From contig CAWJQI010000001.1 of the NCBI GenBank assembly GCA_963845085.1, positions 128,001-192,000 of the forward strand: 64,000 nt of DNA. The letters are read 5' to 3'. The position numbers were made by a program, and so were the translations under genes. This document shows positions 1 through 10,735 of the stretch, one piece after another (within the stretch, counting starts at the first letter, position 1; each line of letters opens with the position of its first letter). The notes under the pieces were generated by a model, which was given only the letters and a program-made list of their open reading frames with translations, was not told where the DNA came from and made no database searches. Source of the DNA: Candidatus Fermentibacterota bacterium. GTDB taxonomy: Bacteria; Fermentibacterota; Fermentibacteria; Fermentibacterales; JCC-6.

Positions 1-275
1 TCGAAGGAACCGAGCACATCGTTGTAGAATGCCCGGGAAGTCAGCGCGAGCACCTGGGCCTGGTCGACGAGGGCCTTCACTATCTTTGGATGGCAGTGTC
101 CCTGGTTGACCGCGGAGTACGAGGAGAGGAAGTCATAATAGCGCTTCCCCTCGACATCCCAGACGTGAACTCCCTGTCCCCTGCAGAGGACCACGGGAAG
201 GGGGTGGTAGTTGTGGGCGCCGTACCTGTCCTCGAGATCCATTGCCATCTTGGATGTAAGTCGTTCTGAAGCCAT
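1..275 (-). CDS. rocD: Ornithine aminotransferase, 5' part (runs off the window start)
   Basis: Manual translation [63 protein letters not shown]...LTSRAFYND, the typical OAT N-terminus; AGGGAG RBS; absent from the ORF track. Confidence 0.92.
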   Translation of the reverse strand, partial: MASERLTSKMAMDLEDRYGAHNYHPLPVVLCRGQGVHVWDVEGKRYYDFLSSYSAVNQGHCHPKIVKALVDQAQVLALTSRAFYNDVLGSF

Positions 276-389
276 CTCGCACTCTCCCTAAAAAGCCGAC
301 ACAGCCGGTCCTCTGATGGAAAACCGGTTTCTGCCGATGTTTCAGTGGTGAAAGCCGGGTGTCCCGCCTTTCGCTCGCATTGAGGGTGG

Positions 390-418
390 ATGCTAACAAA
401 GCGTCCCGGAAAAGTCAA
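390..418 (-). promoter_or_regulatory. Putative sigma70 promoter for rocD
   Basis: TTGACT-17 bp-TAGCAT on the minus strand, about 115 nt upstream of the ATG. Confidence 0.5.
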
Positions 419-488
419 ATTCCGGGGATTGTCCGGGATGGCGGAGCTCGACATATAAAGCGCTGGCTTTTCAGAGAAAGGGCGGGGG

Positions 489-875
489 ATGAAGCCCTCC
501 GGGGGTAACTACATCCAGTGGTCGGTCGCGCAGATGGTTTCAGGCGTCGTCTGCGCGTCGCTCACCCTCTTCTCGAACATGCCGTTCCCATTTGTGCTTC
601 TTGCATCTCTTACCGTGATAGCCCTTTACAAACTCCTTTACAGATGGGAGCACAGGGCCACCGAGGGGGAGATGCAGTCTATGCTCAGGGTGTTCTCGCT
701 GTCCAGTCTGGCAACACTCGTCTTTCTCACCGTCGCCGGCCGCTGGTTGAACGGGATCTGGATCAACGCCCTGTGGAGCACCGCGCTGATATCAAGGGGC
801 CTGTTCGGTCTCATCCAATTCCGCCGTCAGGGGGATGATCCCGCGGCGAATACGGGAAAGGAAGCCACGGAATGA
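489..875 (+). CDS. Hypothetical membrane protein (about 4 TM)
   Basis: 128-aa hydrophobic ORF; ATGA overlap with the next gene. Confidence 0.6.
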   Translation: MKPSGGNYIQWSVAQMVSGVVCASLTLFSNMPFPFVLLASLTVIALYKLLYRWEHRATEGEMQSMLRVFSLSSLATLVFLTVAGRWLNGIWINALWSTALISRGLFGLIQFRRQGDDPAANTGKEATE

Positions 876-2522
876 AGAGACATGCCATGATGATGCTCTG
901 TCTTGCCCCTGCGGCTGCGGTCGGGGCGAACTCTGCGCTGTCCGTCGAAGTGACGCCCGACGGGATCTTCTACCTCCCCAACACCGGTGTTCCCGCCGTG
1001 TCGGCGCCAATCCCTTTCATTCTTGACTCATCCGTCATCTGGCAGTACAGCCAGGCGGACGGACTGACCCAGAAGACCTGCCCCATGGGGAACGGAGGCG
1101 AATACGTCCTGACCGGCGGCTGGTACGGCGGCGGCAGGATGTTCGAGGGGGTTTTGGGCAATGGTGAGGTGTTCTGGCAGTCCGAGCCCGAACTCGGCGA
1201 AAACGAATACTGGACATCGCTCGGCACCGGGACCTCGGCAGCCGATACGGCCGACCGATACTGGCTCGCACGGGTGTTTTCGGTGTGGAACGACAACGGC
1301 ACGCCCGGCTACACCCCCGACGACTTCCTTGTTTCAGAGAACAATCTCCAGGTTTGTCTTTTCAACGGGGCGTCATCCACTCCGCTTTGGACCTGGGAGG
1401 GCACTGAGAACTTTCAGAGCGGGGCTGTCGACGGGCCAGGCACGTACGACTGCTCTTCCGACGGAGCGACCTTCGCTCTGGGCGGCCTGATGAACGGGCA
1501 TCTGGCCGTTCTGGTTTTCGGGTACGAATCACCCGATCCGATTGCTCGTCTATGAGAACGAGGACTTCACCTATTCACCCAGACAGCTCAGGCTGACCTC
1601 AGACGGGGCGAAACTCGTCTTCAGCGTCGGTGCGACTCTGCTTCGGGTGGATGCCGTCTCCGGGAGCCTCGAGGACACGTATGACCTCGGGGCCTCCACC
1701 GACTGCTTCGGTGTTTCTGCCGATGGTTCGCTCGTCGCCTACGGCTTTACGGCCGCCAAGCTCGCCGCCTGGAACGGCTCTGAGTACACGCTCTCGTGGT
1801 CCCGGAACGCGACTGGCTACTACGCCGGTTCGGCTGCAGTTTCCGACGACAACGAGGTCGTGTACTTCGGGTTCTACAAAAGCACGTACACGTCCAACAG
1901 GATATACCGGTTCGACCCGGCAGGCTCCACCCCCACATGGATATACGACTACCCGGCAGGCTCCGGCGCCCATCAGGACATCATCAGCTGGATGGACTGC
2001 TCGGCGGACGGAAGATGGCTTGCCGCATCATCATGGGGCTGCCAGACCGGTGGCGGTGACGAGGTTACCGTACTTGACGACATGAACCCGGCCGCGCCGG
2101 TCTTCTCGATCAACACACCGGGCTCGATGTTCCATGTCGACATCGCCCCGGACGGAAGCCTTGTCACGGCTGCGGGAAAGCATGTTCATGCGAACGTCTT
2201 CGGCTCCGGCACGGATGTTTGCATGGCCGAAGTCACCACGACGGGGCTTCAGAGCGGCACTCCGGAAACGCTCTCGCTTGCCGCGGGGCCCAATCCCTGC
2301 GCCGGCACTGCGGTTTTCGAGCTTCAGCTCCCATCTCCGTGCCAGGTGGAGCTTGATGTGTTCGACATCGCGGGACGAATGGTCTCAACCGTGTACTCGG
2401 GCACTCTCGGCACCGGGGTTCACAGCTTCCAGTACTCCATCGACGGGGCGAACGGCCTTTACCTGGTTCGCGCAAGGGCCGGGGAACTCGTGGCAGGCGC
2501 GAGGATCATGCTGACCCGCTGA
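872..2522 (+). pseudogene. Secreted beta-propeller-like protein with T9SS-type CTD, split by a +1 frameshift near 1541 (real or assembly error)
   Basis: ORF 872-1555 carries the signal peptide; ORF 1542-2522 continues the S.DG / P.W repeats and ends in GPNP...FDIAGRMV...GLYLVR. Confidence 0.75.
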
Positions 2523-4977
2523 GAGCCGCCCGGGACGAATGCAGGCGGTTTCTCCTGAGGCTGTTCGAGTTGGCAACCACCGTGATAGAGCTCGTTGCCA
2601 TGGCTATTTCCGCGAGAACCGGGTGCATCCAGCCCGCCATGGCGAGGGGGATCATCACGGCATTGTATGCGAAGGCCCAGAAGAGGTTCTGACGGATCTT
2701 GGCGAATGTCGCCCTGCTCAGGGTGACAGCCTTCACGATCCCCTGAAGGTCCCCGCCGACAAGTGCGACATCGGCAGCCTCGAGGGCAACATCGGTTCCG
2801 GTGCCCAGGGCAATCCCCACATCGGCGCCCGCAAGTGCTGGCGCATCGTTGATGCCGTCACCGACGAAGGCAACAGATCCGTATTTCTCCCTGAGCATTT
2901 CCACCTCGGACAGCTTTCTGTCCGGCAGAACTTCCGCGGCGACATGATCCATCCCCAAAAGGGATGCCACGGTTTCAGCGGTCCGCCTGTTGTCGCCAGT
3001 GACCATCACTGTCACCATTCCCATCGCCCTGAGCGCATCGACGGTTCTCCTGGCCGATTCCTTCAGTTCGTCCCTTGCTTCAAAGACAGCCTTCACCCCG
3101 CCCGATTCCATGAGCAGAAAGCCGGTGGAGCCGCGCTCCGAGATCTCGTCCAGTTTCGTGCGCGCCTCCGCTGGCAGGGGTATGCCGAGGCTTTCGGCGA
3201 GCCTCGGGGAGCCAACGGCAGCGGCCGCGCCGGCAACGAACGCCGAAATCCCCATGCCGCTCTCGTTCCTTATCCCGACCGGTTCGGGGAACGTCACCCC
3301 CATGCCTTCCGCAGCCGCCAGCACCGAGAGGGCAAGGGGATGGGTCGATGCCGACTCCACCGAGGCAGCTGTTGAAAGGGCGCCCTTTACCGTCGCACCG
3401 CCAAGTGGGAAGACAGAAACAACAACGGGCTTTCCAGTCGTCAGGGTACCCGTTTTGTCGAAGGCGATGGCCTTCACGCCGCTGAGCTCCTGTATGGCAG
3501 CACCGCTCCTGAAGAGTATGCCCCGCTCGGCGCCCATGCCGCTGCCGACCATGAGGGCGGTGGGGGTGGCAAGGCCGAGCGCGCACGGGCATGCGATGAC
3601 AAGCACCGCAACCATGGCAAAGAGCGCTCCCGTAACGCCCCCCGCACCGGTTACCCAGGGAAGGAAACCGCCCAGCTCTCCCAGTCGGGACGAGATGCCC
3701 GGGAAAAGCACATGCATCAAAAAAGTGGCTGAGGCGATGGCCATCACGACCGGCACGAACACACGGGTGACCCTGTCCGCGAATTCCTGAACCGGCACCC
3801 TGGTTCCCTGGGCGCGTTCCACAAGGGTTGCGACCTGCGCGAGAAAGGTCTCACTTCCTATCTTCTCCGCCCTGACCTTGAGAAGGCCGTCGATGTTCAC
3901 GGAGGCTCCTATCACCCCGTCGCCCGGGGATTTCCTAACCGGCATGCTCTCCCCCGTGGCCATGGACTCGTCGGCACTCCCCTCCCCCTCCTCGACCGTC
4001 CCGTCGGTCGGGTACTTCTCACCAGGTCTGACAACCATCACGTCCCCCACCCTGATCTCCCCTGCCGGGATCTCGACGAGGATCCCATCCCTCTCGACCC
4101 TGGCGGTCTTTGCGCCGAGGGCCAGAAGGCGCCGGATGGCCAGGGATGCACGGCCCCTGGCACGTGCCTCCACGAACCTTCCGGTGAGATGGAAGGCCAT
4201 GATCATGGCCGAGATGCCGGCATAGTTCGCCACCGGGGCGAAGAACGAGGCAGGGCCGGTCAGAAGCGATGCACCCGTGCCGAGGGTTATCAGGGAGTCC
4301 ATGTTGGCGTTGCCGTGTGCAAGCGCCCTGACGCCTCCCTTCAGCGTGGGCCATCCCGCCATGAAAAGAACAGGGAACGACAGCAGGATGGTCCCCCACC
4401 GGTAGACTGCGGCGCCGGGCCATTCCGAGTGAAGGAACATGTGCGGGAGCATCAGGAGAATGACGATGCCCGTCGGAACCCAGGCCAGGAGAAGCCTTCT
4501 CCTTGCATCGTGCAGCCGTTTCATCTCCGTTTCCGCGGCATCGGGGGAAGCGTCTCCACTGATTTCGGCAATGCCGTAACCGGCACCCTTCACCGCCCTC
4601 TCGAGGGCATCGGTACCGGCCAGGGAAGGTATGGCCTTCACAAGGGCCGTTCCCGTAACGGGGTCGACCGAGGCTTCGATCACCCCCTCCGTCTCAATCA
4701 GTGCCCTGGCCACGGCGTTCGAACAGGAGACGCATGACATCCCGAGAACGCCAAGCCTTGTTTCCGCCGTGGGCACTGAATACCCGGCCCTCTCAACGGC
4801 CTTTGCAAGTGCGGCTGCATCTACCCTTCCCTTTGCCGCGAACCCGGCGGACCCGGCGGCGAGGTTGACCGACACATCAGCCAGCCCTTCGACACCCTCG
4901 AGTGCCCTTTTCACCGCCGCAGAACATGCGCCGCATGTCATGCCCGTCACCGGAACGGTAATTCTTCTGTCTTTCAT
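2506..4977 (-). CDS. copA: Cu(I)-translocating P1B-type ATPase
   Basis: Two HMA domains (GMTCGAC, GMSCVSC), [27 protein letters not shown] and MxxSS motifs. Confidence 0.93.
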   Translation of the reverse strand: MKDRRITVPVTGMTCGACSAAVKRALEGVEGLADVSVNLAAGSAGFAAKGRVDAAALAKAVERAGYSVPTAETRLGVLGMSCVSCSNAVARALIETEGVIEASVDPVTGTALVKAIPSLAGTDALERAVKGAGYGIAEISGDASPDAAETEMKRLHDARRRLLLAWVPTGIVILLMLPHMFLHSEWPGAAVYRWGTILLSFPVLFMAGWPTLKGGVRALAHGNANMDSLITLGTGASLLTGPASFFAPVANYAGISAMIMAFHLTGRFVEARARGRASLAIRRLLALGAKTARVERDGILVEIPAGEIRVGDVMVVRPGEKYPTDGTVEEGEGSADESMATGESMPVRKSPGDGVIGASVNIDGLLKVRAEKIGSETFLAQVATLVERAQGTRVPVQEFADRVTRVFVPVVMAIASATFLMHVLFPGISSRLGELGGFLPWVTGAGGVTGALFAMVAVLVIACPCALGLATPTALMVGSGMGAERGILFRSGAAIQELSGVKAIAFDKTGTLTTGKPVVVSVFPLGGATVKGALSTAASVESASTHPLALSVLAAAEGMGVTFPEPVGIRNESGMGISAFVAGAAAAVGSPRLAESLGIPLPAEARTKLDEISERGSTGFLLMESGGVKAVFEARDELKESARRTVDALRAMGMVTVMVTGDNRRTAETVASLLGMDHVAAEVLPDRKLSEVEMLREKYGSVAFVGDGINDAPALAGADVGIALGTGTDVALEAADVALVGGDLQGIVKAVTLSRATFAKIRQNLFWAFAYNAVMIPLAMAGWMHPVLAEIAMATSSITVVANSNSLRRNRLHSSRAALSGSA

Positions 4978-5033
4978 GCCTGCTCCCTGCTCCCGGGATC
5001 AACAGATTTTTGGGGCGACTGCCTGACTTTTCC

Positions 5034-5062
5034 TTGTACACGCCCGGGCACTGTTCTATAAT
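5034..5062 (+). promoter_or_regulatory. Sigma70 promoter of the ABC operon
   Basis: TTGTAC-17 bp-TATAAT, then GGGAGG RBS. Confidence 0.65.
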
Positions 5063-5092
5063 TGCTTCCTGGCGTCAAATCCGGGAGGGGTC

Positions 5093-5962
5093 ATGGCTTC
5101 CGATTCTCCAGTGTCAGTTGAGCACCTTGTAAGGTCTTTTCAAACAAGGGCCGGCCTCGCGAAGGTCGATGCGGTGAAGGATGTGAGCTTCACCGTGGAA
5201 CCGGGCGAGATACTGGGCTTCCTGGGCCACAACGGAGCGGGGAAGACCACAACCATGAAGTGCGTTCTCGGCCTTCTCCATCCCAACTCCGGAAGAGTGC
5301 GCGTCTGGGGGCGGGTTCCGGGCAGTCAGGCCGCCAGGGCCAGGCTCGGTTACGTTCCCGAAAACCCCGACTACGACCAGAGCTTCTCCAGCCTTGAACT
5401 CCTGCGCGCCTTCGCCTCAATGCGGCGGTTGAAGGGGTCCGACACCGACTGGCGCAGGCTGCTCGACCGGGTCGGGCTGAGGGGCTGGGAGGACATGAGG
5501 CTGAGGCAGTACTCCAAGGGCATGCGCCAACGGCTGAGCCTCGCACTCGCCCTTCAGTCATCCCCGGGGCTTCTTGTGATGGACGAGCCGACGGGCGGCC
5601 TCGATCCCATCGCCAGAAAGGAGTTCCGCGACATAATCCTCGAGGAGAACCGGCGCGGCGCGTCGATATTCCTCTCCTCACACATACTCAGCGAGGTCGA
5701 GAGCGTCTGCCACAGGGTCCTGATCCTCAACAGGGGGGCGGTGGTCAGGGCGGGCACGCTCGACCAGCTCCTTGGCGGGGAGGAGAGCCATCGCATCACA
5801 TACATTGAAGACGGAGCCCAGATGGAACTGACCGTTCCCACTGCCGACCTTCAGAAAAGCATCGACATGCTCAGGGGCAGGGGCTGTCCGGTAACCGGAG
5901 TCGAGAGGAGCTGGAAAAGCCTCGAGGAAGTGTTCCTCTCCGCAACGGAGGCCGCACCGTGA
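5093..5962 (+). CDS. ABC transporter ATP-binding protein (ABC-2 type, PilH-like)
   Basis: GHNGAGKTT, YSKGMRQR, MDEP, SSH motifs. Confidence 0.92.
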   Translation: MASDSPVSVEHLVRSFQTRAGLAKVDAVKDVSFTVEPGEILGFLGHNGAGKTTTMKCVLGLLHPNSGRVRVWGRVPGSQAARARLGYVPENPDYDQSFSSLELLRAFASMRRLKGSDTDWRRLLDRVGLRGWEDMRLRQYSKGMRQRLSLALALQSSPGLLVMDEPTGGLDPIARKEFRDIILEENRRGASIFLSSHILSEVESVCHRVLILNRGAVVRAGTLDQLLGGEESHRITYIEDGAQMELTVPTADLQKSIDMLRGRGCPVTGVERSWKSLEEVFLSATEAAP

Positions 5963-6714
5963 CCGGGGCACTGACATTCGGCGTGATGACCCTCCGAATG
6001 CTCTTTCGCAGGAAGACGCCGTGGGGGATTCTCATCGGCATCCTCCTTGTCCTTTTCGGGATCGCCCAGGTTCCAAGCTTCTCCGTCGGAAATCAGGGAC
6101 GGTTCGTGCTCGACTTCGGCCTTTTCGGCATTGAGATCGGAGCTCTGGCGCTCGCCCTCGGGCTTGCCGCAAACCTCTTCCCGCAGGACAGGGAACAGCG
6201 GACGGTAATGCCCCTTCTGGCTGTCCCGCTCTCCCGCTGGCAGTACCTGCTCGGACGATTCCTGGGCGCCGCGATGGTGCAGGCTTCCGCCCTGATCGTG
6301 AGTTGTCTTGGGCTCGTTGCAATTCTATTGCTCCGGGGCATCCAGGTTCCGGGCGACATCTTTCCGGCAACGCTCCTGATAGTTGTCGAGGGATGGTTCC
6401 TCCTGGCGACCGTGTTCTTCTTCAGCTTCTTCACAAGCCCCCCGCTCAACTGGCCTCTCACGACCATACTTTTCATCCTGAGCCAGATGAGCGTGCGGGA
6501 CTTCGCCGATCTTCTCCCCGGAAGCTCCGGGCTGATGCGGGGCCTGCGGCTCCTTCTCCCCCACGCCGACGTGTTCCACATCAAGGACCCGCTCGCGCAC
6601 GGTTTCGATGTAGAGCCCGTGTTCTTTGCACTTGCCGTTTTCTACGGCCTCTGCTACACTGCGTTCATGCTGAGCCTGGCCCTGGCCGTCTTTCAGCGCA
6701 GGGACCTCAAGTGA
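5959..6714 (+). CDS. ABC-2 type permease (PilI-like)
   Basis: About 6 TM; DREQRTV.PLLAVPLSRWQYLLGRFLG; ends FQRRDLK. Confidence 0.85.
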   Translation: MTGALTFGVMTLRMLFRRKTPWGILIGILLVLFGIAQVPSFSVGNQGRFVLDFGLFGIEIGALALALGLAANLFPQDREQRTVMPLLAVPLSRWQYLLGRFLGAAMVQASALIVSCLGLVAILLLRGIQVPGDIFPATLLIVVEGWFLLATVFFFSFFTSPPLNWPLTTILFILSQMSVRDFADLLPGSSGLMRGLRLLLPHADVFHIKDPLAHGFDVEPVFFALAVFYGLCYTAFMLSLALAVFQRRDLK

Positions 6715-6992
6715 GAAGGCTGATACCGGTCGTATTCGTGCTTTTCTGCGGCTGCAGCCTGAACTTCGATCCCGTCGATACCGCGCCCGCTGAGGCGCTC
6801 GGTGAGGAGTGCACCATCGCAGAGGATGGAAGCGGCCACGAGGCGGGGCATGCCTGCAGTGAAACCCGCTGGTTCTTCACCCAGCCGTGGGCGGCGAAAT
6901 GGTACTGGGGCAAGATAATGAGAGATTCGCTGATCCTTCTCGCCCTTGCATCGGCGGTCACTGCAATTTCCGTGAGAAAAGCCCGACGATGA
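6711..6992 (+). CDS. Small membrane/lipoprotein-like protein with His/Cys patch
   Basis: GTG start overlapping the permease stop; MRRLIPVVFVLFCGC..ECTIAEDGSGHEAGHAC..WFFTQPWAAKWYW plus C-terminal TM; ATGA overlap with the next gene. Confidence 0.6.
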   Translation: MRRLIPVVFVLFCGCSLNFDPVDTAPAEALGEECTIAEDGSGHEAGHACSETRWFFTQPWAAKWYWGKIMRDSLILLALASAVTAISVRKARR

Positions 6993-7681
6993 CAAGACGG
7001 AGCGTGATCCCATTTGCAGCTGCGGGGGTATTCCTTCTGCTGGCCGTTCTCAGCGGCGGCAGGGTCAGCCGCGAATACAGGGCTGATCCGTCCGGAAATC
7101 TGGGTGCGATAGGGTCAGGCATCGACAGGTTGAGGCGGGTTGCGGCTGCTGTTCTATACCTTCAAATGGATGATTATCATCACATCGGCATGTATCAGGG
7201 GCAGGCATGGTCTGCCATAACCGACTACCTTCCCCAGGCCTGGCTTGTATCGCGCCTCGACCCCCATTTTTCCGCCGTTTTCTGCGATGCGTCGAACCAT
7301 CTCGCGGTGAACCTCGGCATGGTGGACGAGGGGCTTGACCTGGCCAGGGAAGGCATGCGCCACAACCCTGACAGCCTCGACATTGCCTACGAGTACGCCT
7401 TCCTTCTTTACGATACCGGGGCCGGGAGCCCGGGGGAAACAGCGGCGGCGGTGGTCAACTACCTTTCCCTTCTGAGAAGGAAGAACGGCGATCATTCAGC
7501 GCCGCACCGGGAAGCCTCGGCATGCTGGATCGCCAGGGAGGTTCTTTCCGGGACCATGCCCGAGTTCTCCATGCTTTATGCGAGAAGGGCGGACTTCATC
7601 CAGCAGGCCCTTCGGAGCGGGCTTTACTACCCGGGTCTTTTCGATGAATCACCGGAGCATATAGACGGAGGCATTCAATGA
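6989..7681 (+). CDS. Membrane-anchored TPR-like protein
   Basis: N-terminal TM, RLDPHF, LAREGMRHNPDS helical repeat. Confidence 0.65.
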   Translation: MTRRSVIPFAAAGVFLLLAVLSGGRVSREYRADPSGNLGAIGSGIDRLRRVAAAVLYLQMDDYHHIGMYQGQAWSAITDYLPQAWLVSRLDPHFSAVFCDASNHLAVNLGMVDEGLDLAREGMRHNPDSLDIAYEYAFLLYDTGAGSPGETAAAVVNYLSLLRRKNGDHSAPHREASACWIAREVLSGTMPEFSMLYARRADFIQQALRSGLYYPGLFDESPEHIDGGIQ

Positions 7682-8184
7682 CATACACCATGCCGATGGA
7701 CCTGACCGCAAAGATCATCTGGTACTGCACGCCAGTGGATGTGGACGCCGGGGAGGTCATCCTCAAGCGGGGCGACACCTCCACCGACCTGTACATAATC
7801 ACAAGGGGCAAGTTCAGGGTTTACGACGACTCGAGAAACGAGGATTTCCTTCTCGCAATGCTTGAACGGGGAAGCGTCTTCGGGGAGATGGCATTCCTTG
7901 ACGGCCTTCCCCGATCGGCCACCATCGAGGCCTGTTCGGCCGGCAGCCTGCTCCGGCTCGGTGAACAGGAGTTCAACAGGATGACGATCAAGGCTCCGGA
8001 AACCTCGGTGAAGTTCGTGAGGGCGCTTTCGGGGATCGTCTGCAGAAGGCTCAGGGTTATGAACGACGCGCTCGCGGGTGTTGCCTTCAGCAGCGGGCCC
8101 ATGTCTCCCGAGGCAGAGCAGGAACTCCTCGAAACCATCAGGGAAATGCACCACTCCGTGAAGGTGGAACTCGCGGAGGAATGA
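7678..8184 (+). CDS. Cyclic nucleotide-binding domain protein (no clear HTH)
   Basis: GEVILKRGD...LYII..G...FGEMAFLDGLPRSATIEA. Confidence 0.85.
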   Translation: MTYTMPMDLTAKIIWYCTPVDVDAGEVILKRGDTSTDLYIITRGKFRVYDDSRNEDFLLAMLERGSVFGEMAFLDGLPRSATIEACSAGSLLRLGEQEFNRMTIKAPETSVKFVRALSGIVCRRLRVMNDALAGVAFSSGPMSPEAEQELLETIREMHHSVKVELAEE

Positions 8185-8499
8185 TCAGGGGTTGTCTCTG
8201 TGGATGGCCTCGACCACCCAGATGAAGTGGTTCGAGTCTGACAGGGGAACCCGTTCAAGGGTGTAGTTCTCCCACTCGCTGTCCTGGATGCGCAGGTCGT
8301 ACCAGCCGCGGGTGACCTGAAAAATGATCGAGCTGTCGGGCTCAAGGACTGACATGCCAAGCATGTCCACCCATTTTTCCCGCCCGGCTTCGGTGATCCA
8401 GACGAAATACAGTTCAAGGCTTGTCCCGTTCTTGATCTCAACGGTAGCCGCCGTCGCGGCAAGGGCCGCGATGAGTATGAAAAGCACAGCCTTGTTCAT
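8185..8499 (-). CDS. Small secreted beta-sandwich protein, paralogous to the repeats of 25468-26085
   Basis: Signal peptide; I.N.T...LYFVWI....W.D.LG..VL.P...YDLRI.D. Confidence 0.7.
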   Translation of the reverse strand: MNKAVLFILIAALAATAATVEIKNGTSLELYFVWITEAGREKWVDMLGMSVLEPDSSIIFQVTRGWYDLRIQDSEWENYTLERVPLSDSNHFIWVVEAIHRDNP

Positions 8500-10637
8500 G
8501 TTTGCCTCACTGGAGCTTTACCCCCCGCAGCGGTTTCTGTTCCCTCCATTGAAAGGCTCAGCCGCCGTCTGTCCATGTCGATCCCGATGACCCTGACGGT
8601 CACCCACTGTCCCACGGCAACCACATCGGTGGGGTGCTTCACAAAGGATGAGCTCAGTCTGCTGATGTGCACCAGTCCGTCCGTGTGAACACCCACGTCG
8701 ACGAAGGCTCCAAAGCCCGTAACATTGGTGATAACACCGGGAAGAACCATTCCCTCGCCAATGTCGGCAAGATCATGAACATCCTCGAACCGCATGGCCT
8801 CGAACCGCCGTCTTGGATCGCGGCCGGGTTTCTCGAGTTCGGCCAGGATGTCGTTGAGTGTGGGAAGCCCAACGTCTTCCGTGATGTATCGCTCGAGGAC
8901 GATCGCGGACCTCTGCACCCTGTCGGCCATGAGCCCCCTGACATCGGTGCCGAGCTCGCCTGCCATCCGCTTCACGAGGGCGTAGCGCTCGGGATGGACT
9001 GCGCTTGCATCGAGAGGCTCGATGCCGTCGCTGATCCTCAGGAAGCCGGCGCACTGCTGGAAAGCTTTCGGGCCGAGACCGGGCACCGAAAGCAGTTGCT
9101 TTCTCGATGTGAAAGGCCCCGCCGAGTTTCTGAACTCGACCACCGCGCGCGCGGTCTTGGGGCCAAGGCCCGAGACATAGGTGAGAAGCCTTGCACTTGC
9201 CGTGTTCAACTCCACCCCCACGGAATTGACGCACCTCATCACTGTGTCGTCGAGGGTCCGTTTGAGCAGCCCCGCGTCAACGTCGTGCTGGTACTGGCCG
9301 ACCCCTATGCTCTCCGGATCGATCTTAACGAGTTCGGCGAGCGGATCCTGAAGCCTCCTGCCTATCGAAACCGCACCCCTGACAGTGAGATCGAGTTCGG
9401 GGAATTCGTCACGGGCTTCCTGCGAAGCGGAATAGACCGACGCTCCGCTCTCGTTCACCATCACGACGACAGCGTTGAGTTCGAGGCTTCTGAGGAATGA
9501 TTCGGTCTCCCTGCCTCCGGTTCCGTTTCCGACGGCGATGAACTCGGGATGGTAGGTCTCTTCGATCTTCCTCAACTTCACCATGGCTTCGGGCTTCCTG
9601 TGGAGCATGAAAACGTCGTGGTGGAGAAGGGCGCCCTGGGCGTCGAGAACGGCGTACTTGCACCCCGTTCTGAGGCCGGGGTCAACCCCGACAACGCTTC
9701 TCCTGCCCAGCGGAGGTGCCATGAGAAGGTTCTCGAGGTTCCTCGAGAATATCCCCACTGCCTCCAGGTCGGCCCTCTCCTTCGAGTCAGATCTCGATTC
9801 AGTTTCCATCTGGGGTCCGAGAAGGCGTTTGAAACCGTCTGCAAGGGCTTCCTGAATCTGTACCGCCTCGGGGGTGCCCCTGGCGGTGAGAAACCTCTTC
9901 TCAAGTATCGCGAGCGCCCTTTCCTCGGGAACCGTTACGGAAAGGTTCAGAAATAGCTCCTTCTCTCCCCGCCGCATGGCGAGGATACGGTGGGAAGGAG
10001 CTTTCGCGACCGATTCCTTCCAGTCGAACCAGTCCCTGTACTTGCTTCCCTCGGCCTCTTTACCGGCGATCACCCTGCACTCGTAACGGCCGTCCCGGTG
10101 GAAGAGGAAACGCATGGCCTCACGGGTTTCAAGGTCTTCACAGGCTTTCTGCGCGATGATGTCACGGGCGCCCTCAAGGGCTTCTTCCGGGGTGTTGACC
10201 CCCTTTTCGGGATCAATGTAATCCTGCGCGTATGCCACGGGATCGCCGCCCCGCTGTGAAAGAAGCCTCTCGGCAAGGGGCAGCAGCCCCTTTTCCTCGG
10301 CGATGGTGGCCCTGTTCCTTCTTTTCGGCCTGAACGGAAGGTAGACATCCTCGAGACGCGCGAGGGTGTCGGCCTGCTCGACCGCCATCCTGAGTTCGTC
10401 GGTCAGAAGGTCCCTCTCGGTGAGTGAGCGGATGATCGCATCCCGCCTGGCGGCGAGTGCCCTCAGATTGGCGGCCTGGTCTCTGAGTGCGGCGACGGCC
10501 ACCTCGTCAAGGCCGCCCGAGAGCTCCTTCCGGTACCTTGCGATGAACGGCACGGTGGCGCCCTGGTCGAGCAGGTCGACCACCGCCCTGACAGCCTTCT
10601 CGGGTATGTGAAGCATTGCTGCGAGTTGTGAAAACAT
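8496..10637 (-). CDS. tex: Tex-family RNA-binding transcription accessory protein
   Basis: [44 protein letters not shown]-terminal S1 domain. Confidence 0.95.
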   Translation of the reverse strand: MFSQLAAMLHIPEKAVRAVVDLLDQGATVPFIARYRKELSGGLDEVAVAALRDQAANLRALAARRDAIIRSLTERDLLTDELRMAVEQADTLARLEDVYLPFRPKRRNRATIAEEKGLLPLAERLLSQRGGDPVAYAQDYIDPEKGVNTPEEALEGARDIIAQKACEDLETREAMRFLFHRDGRYECRVIAGKEAEGSKYRDWFDWKESVAKAPSHRILAMRRGEKELFLNLSVTVPEERALAILEKRFLTARGTPEAVQIQEALADGFKRLLGPQMETESRSDSKERADLEAVGIFSRNLENLLMAPPLGRRSVVGVDPGLRTGCKYAVLDAQGALLHHDVFMLHRKPEAMVKLRKIEETYHPEFIAVGNGTGGRETESFLRSLELNAVVVMVNESGASVYSASQEARDEFPELDLTVRGAVSIGRRLQDPLAELVKIDPESIGVGQYQHDVDAGLLKRTLDDTVMRCVNSVGVELNTASARLLTYVSGLGPKTARAVVEFRNSAGPFTSRKQLLSVPGLGPKAFQQCAGFLRISDGIEPLDASAVHPERYALVKRMAGELGTDVRGLMADRVQRSAIVLERYITEDVGLPTLNDILAELEKPGRDPRRRFEAMRFEDVHDLADIGEGMVLPGVITNVTGFGAFVDVGVHTDGLVHISRLSSSFVKHPTDVVAVGQWVTVRVIGIDMDRRRLSLSMEGTETAAGGKAPVRQT

Positions 10638-10735
10638 GCCGGCAATATACACGTCTCCGGTATGGAGGGCTTGCGGGGGGTGTATATTACGGGCCGTTTG
10701 ACATTTGCTTAATTCCCTCACGTTTTGGAGACCAA

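Noticed and set aside
1553..1555. Selenocysteine or stop-codon read-through explaining the split genes
   Set aside because: The downstream halves are in a different reading frame, so read-through cannot join them
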